Source of the DNA: an uncultured Gammaproteobacteria bacterium
Lineage (GTDB): Bacteria; Patescibacteriota; Patescibacteriia; Magasanikbacterales; UBA922
Reading direction: 5' to 3'
NCBI GenBank assembly: GCA_964345045.1
Contig: CAYFPM010000002.1
Location: 36,286-100,285 of the forward strand
Length of the DNA stretch: 64,000 bases
The notes beneath the pieces are model-generated. The model did no database searches and was not told where the DNA came from. It saw only the letters and a program-made list of their open reading frames with translations. Shown one piece after another: positions 1 to 9,418 of this stretch. Made by a program: the position numbers and the translations under genes. How positions within the stretch are numbered: the first letter of the stretch is position 1; the number at the start of each line of letters is the position of its first letter.

Positions 1-312
1 AAATTTGGTTTGCGGCATTGGGCCTTCTTGGGCATCTACTAGTAGTAGAACTGAATCAATAGAACGCAAAACTCGTTCTACCTCGCTACCAAAGTCGGCA
101 TGGCCTGGGGTGTCTACTATATTAATTTTGGTATCTTTGTAAGTTAATGAAGCATTTTTTGAATAAATTGTAATTCCACGCTCTTGTTCTAGAGCGTTAC
201 TATCCATGCTTTTGTCATCTGTTACCATGCCAGTTTGGCGCATTAAAGCGTCGGTCAAGGTAGTCTTACCATGGTCTACGTGAGCGATGATGGCGATATT
301 TCTTATTTTCAT
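1..312 (-). CDS. typA: GTP-binding protein TypA/BipA, N-terminal part; gene continues beyond the window start
   Basis: Reverse translation from the ATG at 312 reads [28 protein letters not shown]...[39 protein letters not shown], showing the G1/G3 GTPase motifs and a TypA-type N-terminus; it is absent from the ORF track because it is truncated. Confidence 0.85.
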   Translation of the reverse strand, partial: MKIRNIAIIAHVDHGKTTLTDALMRQTGMVTDDKSMDSNALEQERGITIYSKNASLTYKDTKINIVDTPGHADFGSEVERVLRSIDSVLLLVDAQEGPMPQTKF

Positions 313-578
313 AATTTCTGTATATATAAATCAAAGGTTGCACCAAAAAAGCCTCCTTTGACTATTTTCCTTCAAGGCTTACCTTGCGGGATTAAAACGT
401 TCTCTCGTCCCGTACCGAGGTACGAGGTCGGGATGAAAGCAGATTCTACCTAGAATCTGCTTTTTTGTCAATGTTTTAGTCCAAATTTGATTTGCCTCTA
501 TTCTATCCACCGACGATTGACTCAATTTTATAGTCATAATATATTATATGAATACATAATTAAGTATAGCTAACACTT

Positions 579-1187
579 ATGAAACATAAATGGAAAATAA
601 TAATTTTACTTGGAATTGGGATATTGTTACTTGTCACAATTAGTCATTACAAATCTTTTTATCCTAAAAATAAAGAGGTACAAAATATTAGAATAAAAGC
701 TGCAAATAATAAAAATATACCGCCAACAAAAGTGAATATACCTAAAAAAAACACCAACTGCAAAGAATCGACTCAATTATATGAAAATCCTGCGTACCCT
801 TATTTTTCGTTTTATTATAATCCAACATTTTTTACAGTTAAACCGTCAGACTATGGATTTAAAGTATATAGCAAAACGTCTGACTCTCCACTTGCTGGAG
901 CGATATACTATAGGAATATCCCAAACTCAGAACATTATTTGACGATGAGAAAAGATCCAGAATGGAAGTATTACAAAAATAAAACATGGAGAAACAAAAA
1001 TAATGTTTTAATTATGGAATACACTGCAGATATATATGACTCATCTTTCGCAGGGGCAATTTTTGAAAATGGAAACGAGGACGCTGTATTAGATATAAGT
1101 TTTAAATTACCAATGGAGGATGAAGAAATTTGTTTCTTAAAATCACTTATTGAAACAATGACTTTTAAAGCCCTAGAAGAAAATTAA
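579..1187 (+). CDS. hypothetical membrane-anchored protein
   Basis: 202-aa ORF with an N-terminal TM helix (IIILLGIGILLLVTI); no recognisable domain. Confidence 0.5.
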   Translation: MKHKWKIIILLGIGILLLVTISHYKSFYPKNKEVQNIRIKAANNKNIPPTKVNIPKKNTNCKESTQLYENPAYPYFSFYYNPTFFTVKPSDYGFKVYSKTSDSPLAGAIYYRNIPNSEHYLTMRKDPEWKYYKNKTWRNKNNVLIMEYTADIYDSSFAGAIFENGNEDAVLDISFKLPMEDEEICFLKSLIETMTFKALEEN

Positions 1188-1276
1188 TTTACTTTGACTA
1201 CCTAAATTGCCCGCCTCTGGCTGATGTCCCACCGAGTCAGAAACCACAACATCCTCGTTAACAATCCCAACAATTG

Positions 1277-1348
1277 CTCCTCGACCAGGATTCGAACCTG
1301 GAACATCAGCGTTAACAGCGCTGCGTTCTACCATTGAACTATCGAGGA
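1277..1348 (-). tRNA. tRNA-Asn (anticodon GTT)
   Basis: Minus-strand cloverleaf: acceptor TCCTCGA/TCGAGGA, D-arm GTTC-AATGGTA-GAAC, anticodon stem CAGCG / loop CTGTTAA, T-arm CCAGG-TTCGAAT-CCTGG, discriminator G; no CCA is encoded. Confidence 0.85.
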
Positions 1349-1370
1349 ATATAATTAGAAAAAAGAAAAA

Positions 1371-1390
1371 ACTCTCCTTGGCGGAGAGTC
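1371..1390 (-). terminator. intrinsic terminator downstream of the ATP-grasp gene
   Basis: The minus strand reads GACTCTCCGCCAAGGAGAGT as a hairpin followed by a T-run. Confidence 0.5.
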
Positions 1391-1509
1391 TTATCTAATT
1401 ATACAAACAAAACTAGGCTCCGCAGAGGGTGGAGTTATTATTATTCAAATTGTTGAATAAAGTTTGCATAATACTAATAAGTTAGCAGAAGTATTTTAAG
1501 CTGTCAAAT

Positions 1510-2784
1510 CTAGGATCTTTTCCCAATAATAATATCAATTGATTGCTCTACCCTACGAATATCTGCCAAAAGATCTGAACGACTTTTGTTGAAAAGATGA
1601 ATGTTACAAACAGATTTGCCTCCATGCTTGGCAAAGCGGCACATATCGCCAATTTGCTTAAACCTTTTCAATTCTACAAAAGAAACCAATCTTTCTATCT
1701 TTTTTATTCCCTTTAGGGCTTTTAATCTTCCTTCTTTTTTGGAATAAATTTTAAGTGTAGCCGCATAACCTTTTTTCTTTTTTGGTATTTCTACCTTTTT
1801 GCCCATGCGAACCAGCACATCATTGGTAGAGTGATCAATCCCGTAAGATAAATTATATAACTTGTTACGAAACCCTCCAATCCTAGGACCAAGTTCTATA
1901 ACCTTCCACCCCCTGTCCGTTTTTAATAGTTCTACATGGGTAGTGATATTACGCAGACCCAGCGCATGAATAGAAGCTCTGGCAATTTCTTCTGCTTTGG
2001 CAATTTCTTCTTTTGACAAAGTTGTGGGCACAATAGTTTGATAAGCAAAAAAATCATCAAAACCAACTGAGCGACCAGTTTTTACATGAACCAATGGACA
2101 AAAATTTACTCTACCTTTGGAACTAACATAGCCATCTATAGAGTACATCTCCCCTTCCATAAATTCTTCTACCAAAATCTTTGGTTCAATATTTCTTTTG
2201 TTTTTTTTGTAAGCTGTTTTAATTTTTTTAAGAACAGTTTTCAAGGTCTTTTCAAATTCTTCTTCGTGAAAACAAACACTAACGAGCAAACTTTGTGCCA
2301 AACCAGCCGGTTTGAGAACTAGAGGAAAACCAACTTTTTCTTTTACTTTTTGAATTGTTTCCAAAGAATTATCACTAATTACCAAAAACTTTGGAGTAAT
2401 TTTTTTATTATAAATACGAAACATTTCTCGCATCATAATCTTGTCTGTAGCCCAAGAAAGCGAAGCCGCAGTAGCTGTACGCACATATGGTACATGTGGA
2501 ATTACTTTGGCCAGCCAGTGGACAGCAGCCTCTCCCCGACAACTCACAGCGGCAATTCTGTCCAAATATGGCAAGATTGCTTTTTGAATTTTGATTGGAT
2601 TTTTCAAATCACAATTCAACAAAAAATCTACTCCATTTTCCTTAGCTTTCTCTGTCCAATTTTTCTTTTTGGAATCTCTAATTACTGCTACTTTGTAATC
2701 AATCCCCTTTTTCTCTCCATATCCTTTTATACCGGAGACTGTTTCGGACGAAGCAGAATTGATAAATAATATAGTATCTTTCAT
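1510..2784 (-). CDS. ATP-grasp domain protein (carboxylate-amine ligase-like)
   Basis: 424-aa ORF with an ATP-grasp-type central/C-terminal region (KPAGLAQS..., EEFMEGEMYSIDGY..., ELGPRIGG); the substrate cannot be assigned. Confidence 0.6.
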   Translation of the reverse strand: MKDTILFINSASSETVSGIKGYGEKKGIDYKVAVIRDSKKKNWTEKAKENGVDFLLNCDLKNPIKIQKAILPYLDRIAAVSCRGEAAVHWLAKVIPHVPYVRTATAASLSWATDKIMMREMFRIYNKKITPKFLVISDNSLETIQKVKEKVGFPLVLKPAGLAQSLLVSVCFHEEEFEKTLKTVLKKIKTAYKKNKRNIEPKILVEEFMEGEMYSIDGYVSSKGRVNFCPLVHVKTGRSVGFDDFFAYQTIVPTTLSKEEIAKAEEIARASIHALGLRNITTHVELLKTDRGWKVIELGPRIGGFRNKLYNLSYGIDHSTNDVLVRMGKKVEIPKKKKGYAATLKIYSKKEGRLKALKGIKKIERLVSFVELKRFKQIGDMCRFAKHGGKSVCNIHLFNKSRSDLLADIRRVEQSIDIIIGKRS

Positions 2785-2973
2785 ATATTCTTATAATGAA
2801 CCAAGATTATAAAGTAATTTATCCTTACAGTCAATGAATTTCGGCACACATTTTATCCACCTAATTTTTGGCAAATTCACAAAAATTTTATCTTCCAACT
2901 TATCCACAATTGCAGACCAACTCCAGGTAAATTACACTTTATGTAGTAATTAATTACTTAATTAAAAATAAGT

Positions 2974-3639
2974 ATGAATAATATAGTAAAAGGAATTGGA
3001 GTAGCGGCGGTACTGCTACTAATTGGCCAAGGTTGTGCTAGCCAGCCAGCCGCAAACAACAATATGGAAGCTGGTCACAACGACTCTGCAATGCAAGGAG
3101 AAAGCATGATGAAAAGTGATGACAAAATGACAGAAGGAGACAAAATGGAAAAAACTGGCGACAGCATGATGAAAGATGACGCTATGATGGATAACCACTC
3201 TGGAGATGCCATGATGGCAAGTGACAAAATGGAAAAAGATGGAACAATGATGGAAAGTGGAGAAAAAATGATGAAGGATGATACAATGGAAAAAGAAGAT
3301 AATAAAATGATGGAAAGCGAAAAAGTAAGTAAAGGCAGCTACCAAGAATACAGCAACGATAAACTAGCTTTGGCTAATAATGGAGATGCGGTTATATTTT
3401 TTCACGCATCTTGGTGCCCAACCTGTAGAGCTTTGGACAAAGATATAACCAAAAATTTATCTACTATCCCAAATGGATTAACTATCTTAAAAGCTGATTA
3501 TGACAGCCAAATAGAGCTAAGAAAAAAGTACGGCGTCACTTTTCAACACACTATGGTACAAGTTGATGCTAGTGGCAACCTGATAAACAAATGGAGTGGT
3601 GGCAACACTTTGCAAAGCATTGTGTCTAGAGTTAAATAG
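2974..3639 (+). CDS. Met-rich thioredoxin-fold lipoprotein
   Basis: Signal peptide with lipobox (LIGQGC), a Met-rich DxMMKxD repeat region, and a C-terminal thioredoxin motif FFHASWCPTCRALD. Confidence 0.7.
   Translation: MNNIVKGIGVAAVLLLIGQGCASQPAANNNMEAGHNDSAMQGESMMKSDDKMTEGDKMEKTGDSMMKDDAMMDNHSGDAMMASDKMEKDGTMMESGEKMMKDDTMEKEDNKMMESEKVSKGSYQEYSNDKLALANNGDAVIFFHASWCPTCRALDKDITKNLSTIPNGLTILKADYDSQIELRKKYGVTFQHTMVQVDASGNLINKWSGGNTLQSIVSRVK
3040..3330 (+). repeat. intragenic tandem repeat encoding Met-rich MxxM motifs
   Basis: Recurring gacaaaatggaaaaa / atgatgaa units; the antisense ORF 3019..3345 is an artefact of this repeat. Confidence 0.7.
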
Positions 3640-3664
3640 AAAACAAAAAATAAATAAAAAGCAA

Positions 3665-3688
3665 AACCCAGGGCTTTGCCCTGGGTTA
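3665..3688 (+). terminator. intrinsic terminator after the lipoprotein gene
   Basis: Hairpin aaacccagggc-tttg-ccctgggtt followed by a T-rich tract. Confidence 0.55.
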
Positions 3689-3768
3689 CTTATTAAAATA
3701 AAGTTTTTCAAACTCTTCATATTTAACTATACTTAAAAAAATAGCCTACTCTTAACCGATGTGATCAG

Positions 3769-3948
3769 CAGTTGTAGTTACAAAACACTTAAACGTCATC
3801 CTGAATGGAGTGAGTCCAAAGGACGAACGCAAGGAAGGATCTATTCGGACTACCACTGGGATCCTTCTCCCGACTGTGGTCGGGAGAAGGATGACTACAA
3901 TCTACTACGTCACGCTGTAGCTTTAGCGAAGGCGGACTCACTACAACC
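3769..3948. repeat. composite palindromic GTCAT-family element (core 3795..3895, outer inverted repeat gttgtagt/actacaac)
   Basis: Termini gtcatcctga...ggatgac plus an internal 11-bp perfect hairpin cttctcccgac/gtcgggagaag; it shares the gtcatcctga start and gaaggatc/gatccttc core with the copies at 50718 and 56280; the 65-aa ORF 3761..3958 inside it is probably not coding. Confidence 0.6.
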
Positions 3949-3985
3949 TAAAAAATAACCATCTAATTACTAACCACTTAATTAT

Positions 3986-5716
3986 ATGACCCTACTTTTA
4001 GTATCGTTTTTGGCTGGAGTGCTAACCGTGCTAGCCCCGTGTACCTTGCCACTCTTGCCAATTATTGTTGGCCGTACGGCCGACAGCCAATCCAAAAAAA
4101 GACCCCTTATCATTGCCGCCTCGCTCGCGATTGCAATTGTAGTCTTTACTCTACTTCTAAAAGCTTCGACTGCTTTTATAGATATCCCACAAAGTGTGTG
4201 GTCTTATGTGTCAGGTAGTATTATTGGCATCTTTGGACTTGTTTATTTGTTCCCAACTTCTTGGGAAAAATTGTCTACCAAATTTAATTGGTCTGGCTCC
4301 TCTGGAGAACTGCTACAAAAAAGTGCCGAGAAAAAAGGTTTGACTGGAGATATTCTGGTAGGGCTCTCTCTTGGTCCGGTTTTTTCTAGCTGTTCTCCAA
4401 CCTACTTTCTAATTTTGGCTACTGTTCTCCCACAAAACTATGCTACTGGGGTAGTTTACCTAATAGCCTATGCCATTGGTTTATCTCTAATGATGCTTTT
4501 GATTGGGTATCTTGGCCAAAAATTGGTAAGAAGGTTGCAAGGCTTTTCTGATCCTCATGGTAAATTCAAAAGAGGTTTAGGAATTTTGTTTCTCTTAGTT
4601 GGTCTTTTTATTGTAACTGGAGCAGACAAAAAAGTTCAGGCCTTTATTCTTGAAAAAGGTTACTTCGACATTACCAAAATTGAACAAAAATTGTTAACAG
4701 AGCCAATGGCCGAAGATATGGAAGAAGAAATCCCAGAAGTAAGCAGCGCAGCTACCACCAAACAATACCCTCTTTACAAAGAAATTGTTAACCCTTCTGG
4801 ATTTGTAAATAGCGAACCATTTGAACTAAAAGACTTGGTGGGAGAAAAAGTAATTTTGCTAGATATTCTTACCTACAGCTGTATCAACTGCCAACGTACT
4901 TTTCCCTACCTAAATACTTGGTATGAAAAATATAAAGATGCTGGGCTTACTATAGTTGGAATTCACACTCCAGAATTTGCTTTTGAGAAAAAAATAGAAA
5001 ACGTAGAAGACGCTGCCAAAAGATTTGGCCTAGAATTCCCACTGGTGCTAGACAACGATTATGCTACTTGGCGCGCTTATGGCAACCGCTATTGGCCAAG
5101 AAAATATCTAATTGATATTGATGGTAACATTGTTTACGACCACATTGGAGAAGGCGCATACGAAGAAACAGAAAAGAAAATCCAAGAGCTTTTGGAAGAG
5201 CGAATGGAGAGACTAAACCAAGCCATAGTTTTTGAAAAAAGTATCGAAAGACCTGCCGATGCCGAAGAAGTAGACTTTGGAGCACGCCGCAGTAGAGAAA
5301 CTTATTTTGGTTCACTAAGAAACAAAAATCCGGGCTTAACTACAGCTCAAGATGGCAACTTGGTAAGCTTTGCCAAGCCAGAAAATATTAACGCCAATCA
5401 ACTTTACCTAGTAGGAGATTGGGAAATGACTGGTGAATATGCCGAGGCTGTGTCGGAAGATGCTTCTATTATTTTTAACTACAGAGCCAAAAAAGTTTTT
5501 TTGGTACTAAGTAGCGAGGAAGCAGTTCAAGCCGAAGTTTTGGTAGATGGAAAAAAAATTGATTCTGACAAAGGTATTCATGTAGATGAAAATGGATTTG
5601 TAAATGTAGAAAACGAGCAGCTCTATAGACTAATTGAACACGACCAAATAGAAGAGCATACTCTTGAGTTAGAAGTAGAACCAGGCTTGCGCGCCTTTGC
5701 CTTTACCTTTGGTTAA
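3986..5716 (+). CDS. cytochrome c biogenesis CcdA/DsbD-like transmembrane domain fused to a TlpA/ResA-type thioredoxin domain
   Basis: Two membrane Cys motifs (LAPCTLP, SSCSPTYF) typical of the CcdA/DsbD beta domain; the C-terminal domain carries the CxxC motif YSCINCQ in a thioredoxin fold. Confidence 0.8.
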   Translation: MTLLLVSFLAGVLTVLAPCTLPLLPIIVGRTADSQSKKRPLIIAASLAIAIVVFTLLLKASTAFIDIPQSVWSYVSGSIIGIFGLVYLFPTSWEKLSTKFNWSGSSGELLQKSAEKKGLTGDILVGLSLGPVFSSCSPTYFLILATVLPQNYATGVVYLIAYAIGLSLMMLLIGYLGQKLVRRLQGFSDPHGKFKRGLGILFLLVGLFIVTGADKKVQAFILEKGYFDITKIEQKLLTEPMAEDMEEEIPEVSSAATTKQYPLYKEIVNPSGFVNSEPFELKDLVGEKVILLDILTYSCINCQRTFPYLNTWYEKYKDAGLTIVGIHTPEFAFEKKIENVEDAAKRFGLEFPLVLDNDYATWRAYGNRYWPRKYLIDIDGNIVYDHIGEGAYEETEKKIQELLEERMERLNQAIVFEKSIERPADAEEVDFGARRSRETYFGSLRNKNPGLTTAQDGNLVSFAKPENINANQLYLVGDWEMTGEYAEAVSEDASIIFNYRAKKVFLVLSSEEAVQAEVLVDGKKIDSDKGIHVDENGFVNVENEQLYRLIEHDQIEEHTLELEVEPGLRAFAFTFG

Positions 5717-5734
5717 AAAAATTTGAGATAAAAA

Positions 5735-5759
5735 AACCGCTCGAAAGAGCGGTTTTTTT
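5735..5759. terminator. bidirectional intrinsic terminator
   Basis: aaaaaaccgctc-gaaa-gagcggttttttt, with an A-run on one side and a T-run on the other. Confidence 0.7.
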
Positions 5760-5775
5760 ATTAATTTTTTGATAC

Positions 5776-6063
5776 TTAAATATCTTTGTTCAAATCATCG
5801 TTAGCTGAACCCCATTTTTTGTCCCCCCATTGCCAATGTGGTTTTTCTCCAGTGCGCACACAAATTAGTATCAATACAAAAACTAAACCCAATAGCTCAA
5901 AAAGAAACGGCCGCAAACTCTGACTGGCTGAATCGGTTAGATCAATCTGCCAAAAACGCCAATAAGAGAACCCAAAAAATAAAATTAAAACCAACCAACC
6001 CTGCCAGCTACTAGGCTGCCAACCCCAACCGTATTTTTTCGCTTTGAACCATGGTTTCTTCAT
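5776..6063 (-). CDS. small Trp-rich two-TM membrane protein downstream of the RND pump
   Basis: 95-aa ORF beginning 24 nt after the RND stop; two hydrophobic helices. Confidence 0.5.
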   Translation of the reverse strand: MKKPWFKAKKYGWGWQPSSWQGWLVLILFFGFSYWRFWQIDLTDSASQSLRPFLFELLGLVFVLILICVRTGEKPHWQWGDKKWGSANDDLNKDI

Positions 6064-6087
6064 AACTCTCTTTAGATAGCTTAGAAC

Positions 6088-9000
6088 CTATTTAGCATTG
6101 TAAGCCTTGCCAGCTTTATTATAATCCTTCATACAAAGACTAGTATATAGCACTGGAATATAAATTAGGGTTAGGACAGTTGCAAACAAAAGCCCAAAGA
6201 TAATAGTAAAGCCCAGTCCAGCCCAAAGCTCTTCGGAAAGTGCTAGTGGGAATACACCGGCAATAGTGGTAAGTGAAGTTAGCAAAATTGGCTGCATACG
6301 AGCCAAACCTGCTTCTACCACTCCATCTATAAAGTCCATATTTCTAGCCAAGTTCTTGTTGATTCTATCAATCAAGACAATAGCATCGTTTACCACAATC
6401 CCAGAAAGTGACACCAAACCAATAAAGGCTGGTAGACTAAAGGCCAAGTTTAGAATAGCTAGACCAAAGAAAGCTCCTACAATTGCCAATGGCAAAGAAA
6501 AAATAATTACAAATGGTTGTTTGAAAGAATCAAACTGCAAAACCAAGATAAACATGATTAGGAAGATGGCCAAAAACATCGACATAAATATCTCGGTGTA
6601 AGATCTTTGCAAGTCTTCGAACTCTCCACCAACTTCGTACTTAAATCCATTTGGTAAATTAATTTTTTCTTCTACTTGCTTGTTGAAACTATTGTAAATA
6701 GCTCTAATGTCGGCCGTGTCTGTAGTTTGTGCAGTAATCCTTACCACTCTCTCTGCTGCATAGTGAGCTATTTCAAATACAGATGGCTCTAGTTGCAAAT
6801 CGGCTACTTGCTTTATGGTTACAGATTGACCATCTCTAGAAAATAGCAAAATATTTTCCAAGCTCTCGGTATTTTCTAGTTTACCTTTTTTATATTTTAC
6901 TAGTACATCTACATCATCCCCATTTATATTTACTTCTGTAGCTTCGGCACCATAGACTGCCTGGCGGATAGACTGGGCAACAGTAGCTACATCCAATCCA
7001 TAAAAAGCTACTTTTTCTCTATCTATATTAAAAACAAATTCACCAGAAGATTCTTGAATACTATTGTTTACATTTACCAATCCATCTAGCCCTTTGGCAA
7101 TAGTAGTAATCTCTCCAGCAATGGCATACAAAGTTTGCAAATCTTCGCCAAACACACGCACTTCAAATGGGGAACCACTTGGAGGTCCGGCGGCCAACTC
7201 TTGTACTTCCACTTTGGCACCACCAATTGATTGTAATTCTTTTCGGATACTCTTGGCGATTTCAAAACTAGTTCTATCTCTTTCTTCTGGGTCAATTAGG
7301 TTTACAATCAAACTACCAACATGCTCCCCAGAAGCAGCTGCATCACCAGCATAGATAGAATAACCTTCTCCTACGTTGGTTACATAATTTTTTAACTCTG
7401 GCAAAATTCCTACTACTTTTTCTACTTCACCAATTACTTGAGTAGTTTTTTCTAGGTTAGAACCAGTTGGCAACTCTACTCCTACTACAAAGTAGTCAAA
7501 GTCAACCGATGGAAACATTTCTATTCTCATAATCCCAATCACCGGCATCATGATAGTAAAGATCACTAACATAATCGCTCCAGCCACGATACCTCTTCTT
7601 TTTTTCTTAGAAATCAAAATACTTCTAAGAAGTTCTACGTAATCTTTTTTCAAATTATCTAGCAAGTGGTGAACTTTGGAAACTCTATGTCTTTCTCCAT
7701 TTTTTCTTTCGATCCTTTTATAAAATTTGGCAGAAAGAGATGGAATAATGATAAGAGAAACAAACAAAGAAGCCAGCAAAGTAGCCGTAATGGTTTTTGG
7801 CAAAATACCCATATATTCCCCCATAATTCCGGATACCAAAAGCATTGGCAAAAAGGCAGCCACCGTAGTCATAGTACCGGTAATAATCGGCCATTTGTAA
7901 TTCCAAACCGAAAGAATAGCTGCTTCGCGCGGAGTTTTTTTCTGTTTGTACAAATACTCGTTGATACCTTCCATCACAATAATCGAGTTGTCTACCATGA
8001 GCCCTAGAGAAAGAATAAGGGCAAACAAAACCATGCTATTTATAGTCATGCCTTGGACAAAAAGAACAATAAAAGAGATAAGAAAAGCAATCGGGACAGA
8101 AAAACCAGTAATCAAAGCTCCACGGATTCCCAAAACTACAAACAAAATCAAAATGATTAAGAAAGTAGTTTGTAAACCACTTTTACTAAGCCTGGAAATA
8201 TCCTCTTTTATAAAAGTAGAGTTATCATTGGTTCTAATTATTTCCAAATTGGCTGGCAAAATTTCTTTGGCTTGCAAATCTACAATTGCAGCTTCGGCAT
8301 TTTTTACAATGTTTAGAATATTACCACCGGTTCTTTTGTAGATTTGTAGTGAAACTGTGTTTCTAGAACCAGTCCCGTCAAAACCAATTTTGGAGATAGT
8401 ATTTCTTTCTTTAAAACCGTCTCTTATTTCGGCTACGTCTTGTAGATAAATCGGTGCAGAATCTATATAAGTTAAAATAATATCTGATAAATCTTCTACT
8501 CCGGCAAATTTACCTTTTACACGCACGCTATACTTAAAATCACCAATTTCTACTTCTCCAGAAGGGAGATTAAAATTGGAACTAGAAATAGCTCCCACTA
8601 CTTGACCAAGCGAAAGATTGAACTGAGCCAATTTTGATTGATCCACCAAAACTTGAAATTCTCTTTCTACACTACCCAAAACCGAGACTTTGCTTACATC
8701 TGTAAGATCTTCAAAAGAAGCTTGCAAGGTGTCGGCATAATTTTTTAATTCTACTTCCGAATATTCTCCAGCTAAACTATATGTAACAATTGGAAAATCA
8801 TTAAAGTTAATATCTGCCACGACCGGGTCTTCTGCTCCATCTGGGAGTCTTGGTTTGGCTTCGTCTACAGCTTCTTTTAGATCTTCTATACTTTTGTCGA
8901 TATCTGCTTCGGCCGAAAATTCTACAAAAATACTTGCATAACCAATCCCTGCCGAAGAGTTTAACCTTCTTATATTTTCAACATCTTCTATCTTGTCTTC

Positions 9001-9276
9001 TAATTCGTCTACTATTAAATCTTCTATATCGGCCGGACTAGCACCAGGATAGATAGTTGTTACAGAAGCAAAAGGAACCCTAACTTCTGGTTCGGCTTCT
9101 TTGGGCATGGCAGCAATAGCAAAAGCGCCTAGTGAAAAAATCAAAGCCAAAAGAATATAAATAATACGACTGCGCCTAATAAAAAATCCCATTACCGAAT
9201 GCTCACTTTTTGCCAAAGCCTTTTTCATATCTGACTCTAGCACTTCTTCGTGATTTTGCTGCTTATCAAAATCCAT
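6088..9276 (-). CDS. RND family efflux transporter permease (AcrB/AcrD/AcrF-like)
   Basis: 1062 aa with a 12-TM, two-large-periplasmic-loop architecture and RND signature regions. Confidence 0.85.
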   Translation of the reverse strand: MDFDKQQNHEEVLESDMKKALAKSEHSVMGFFIRRSRIIYILLALIFSLGAFAIAAMPKEAEPEVRVPFASVTTIYPGASPADIEDLIVDELEDKIEDVENIRRLNSSAGIGYASIFVEFSAEADIDKSIEDLKEAVDEAKPRLPDGAEDPVVADINFNDFPIVTYSLAGEYSEVELKNYADTLQASFEDLTDVSKVSVLGSVEREFQVLVDQSKLAQFNLSLGQVVGAISSSNFNLPSGEVEIGDFKYSVRVKGKFAGVEDLSDIILTYIDSAPIYLQDVAEIRDGFKERNTISKIGFDGTGSRNTVSLQIYKRTGGNILNIVKNAEAAIVDLQAKEILPANLEIIRTNDNSTFIKEDISRLSKSGLQTTFLIILILFVVLGIRGALITGFSVPIAFLISFIVLFVQGMTINSMVLFALILSLGLMVDNSIIVMEGINEYLYKQKKTPREAAILSVWNYKWPIITGTMTTVAAFLPMLLVSGIMGEYMGILPKTITATLLASLFVSLIIIPSLSAKFYKRIERKNGERHRVSKVHHLLDNLKKDYVELLRSILISKKKRRGIVAGAIMLVIFTIMMPVIGIMRIEMFPSVDFDYFVVGVELPTGSNLEKTTQVIGEVEKVVGILPELKNYVTNVGEGYSIYAGDAAASGEHVGSLIVNLIDPEERDRTSFEIAKSIRKELQSIGGAKVEVQELAAGPPSGSPFEVRVFGEDLQTLYAIAGEITTIAKGLDGLVNVNNSIQESSGEFVFNIDREKVAFYGLDVATVAQSIRQAVYGAEATEVNINGDDVDVLVKYKKGKLENTESLENILLFSRDGQSVTIKQVADLQLEPSVFEIAHYAAERVVRITAQTTDTADIRAIYNSFNKQVEEKINLPNGFKYEVGGEFEDLQRSYTEIFMSMFLAIFLIMFILVLQFDSFKQPFVIIFSLPLAIVGAFFGLAILNLAFSLPAFIGLVSLSGIVVNDAIVLIDRINKNLARNMDFIDGVVEAGLARMQPILLTSLTTIAGVFPLALSEELWAGLGFTIIFGLLFATVLTLIYIPVLYTSLCMKDYNKAGKAYNAK

Positions 9277-9375
9277 AAATTATATTTCTATTTAATTTAA
9301 AGTCCTGTTCACTGTTTACTATTTACTGTTTACAAAAAACAAATCTAATCCTACTCACTACAAACTATCTCACCA

Positions 9376-9418
9376 CGACGTAGCCTTGGCGAAGGCGGGC
9401 TATTAACTCACTACAACC
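9376..9418. repeat. solo copy of the right-end segment of the composite element at 3908..3948
   Basis: gtagccttggcgaaggcgggct...cactacaacc versus gtagctttagcgaaggcggact-cactacaacc; the hairpin is kept by compensatory changes; it overlaps the stop codon of the adaptor gene. Confidence 0.55.

Noticed and set aside
1200-1276. Second tRNA adjacent to tRNA-Asn
   Set aside because: No cloverleaf or T-arm motif could be built from this segment on either strand.
2086-2769. Two plus-strand ORFs (78 and 139 aa) inside the ATP-grasp gene
   Set aside because: They are antisense to a well-supported 424-aa CDS, low-complexity and Phe/Asn-rich, typical of AT-rich antisense frames. The same judgement applies to the other short antisense ORFs in the track within rnj, RND, gyrB, carB and the LamG genes.
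2853-2908. DnaA boxes (ttatccacc at 2853, perfect ttatccaca at 2900; another tgtggataa at 14314) as a replication origin
   Set aside because: Only two closely spaced boxes, with no dnaA/dnaN nearby and no cluster of 3-5 or more boxes with a DUE. It could still be a DnaA-regulated promoter but not an identifiable oriC.
3019-3345. 108-aa His/Phe-rich antisense ORF
   Set aside because: It is the reverse complement of the ATG/GAC-rich tandem repeat inside the Met-rich lipoprotein gene, so it is a compositional artefact.
3761-3958. tmRNA hypothesis: the ORF ends ...RHAVALAKADSLQPKK and the DNA contains gctttagc-like tag-region sequence
   Set aside because: There is no tRNA-like domain (no GGTTCGA T-arm, no GGGG...CCCC acceptor pairing) and the peptide does not end in ALAA; the region is better explained as a palindromic repeat element.
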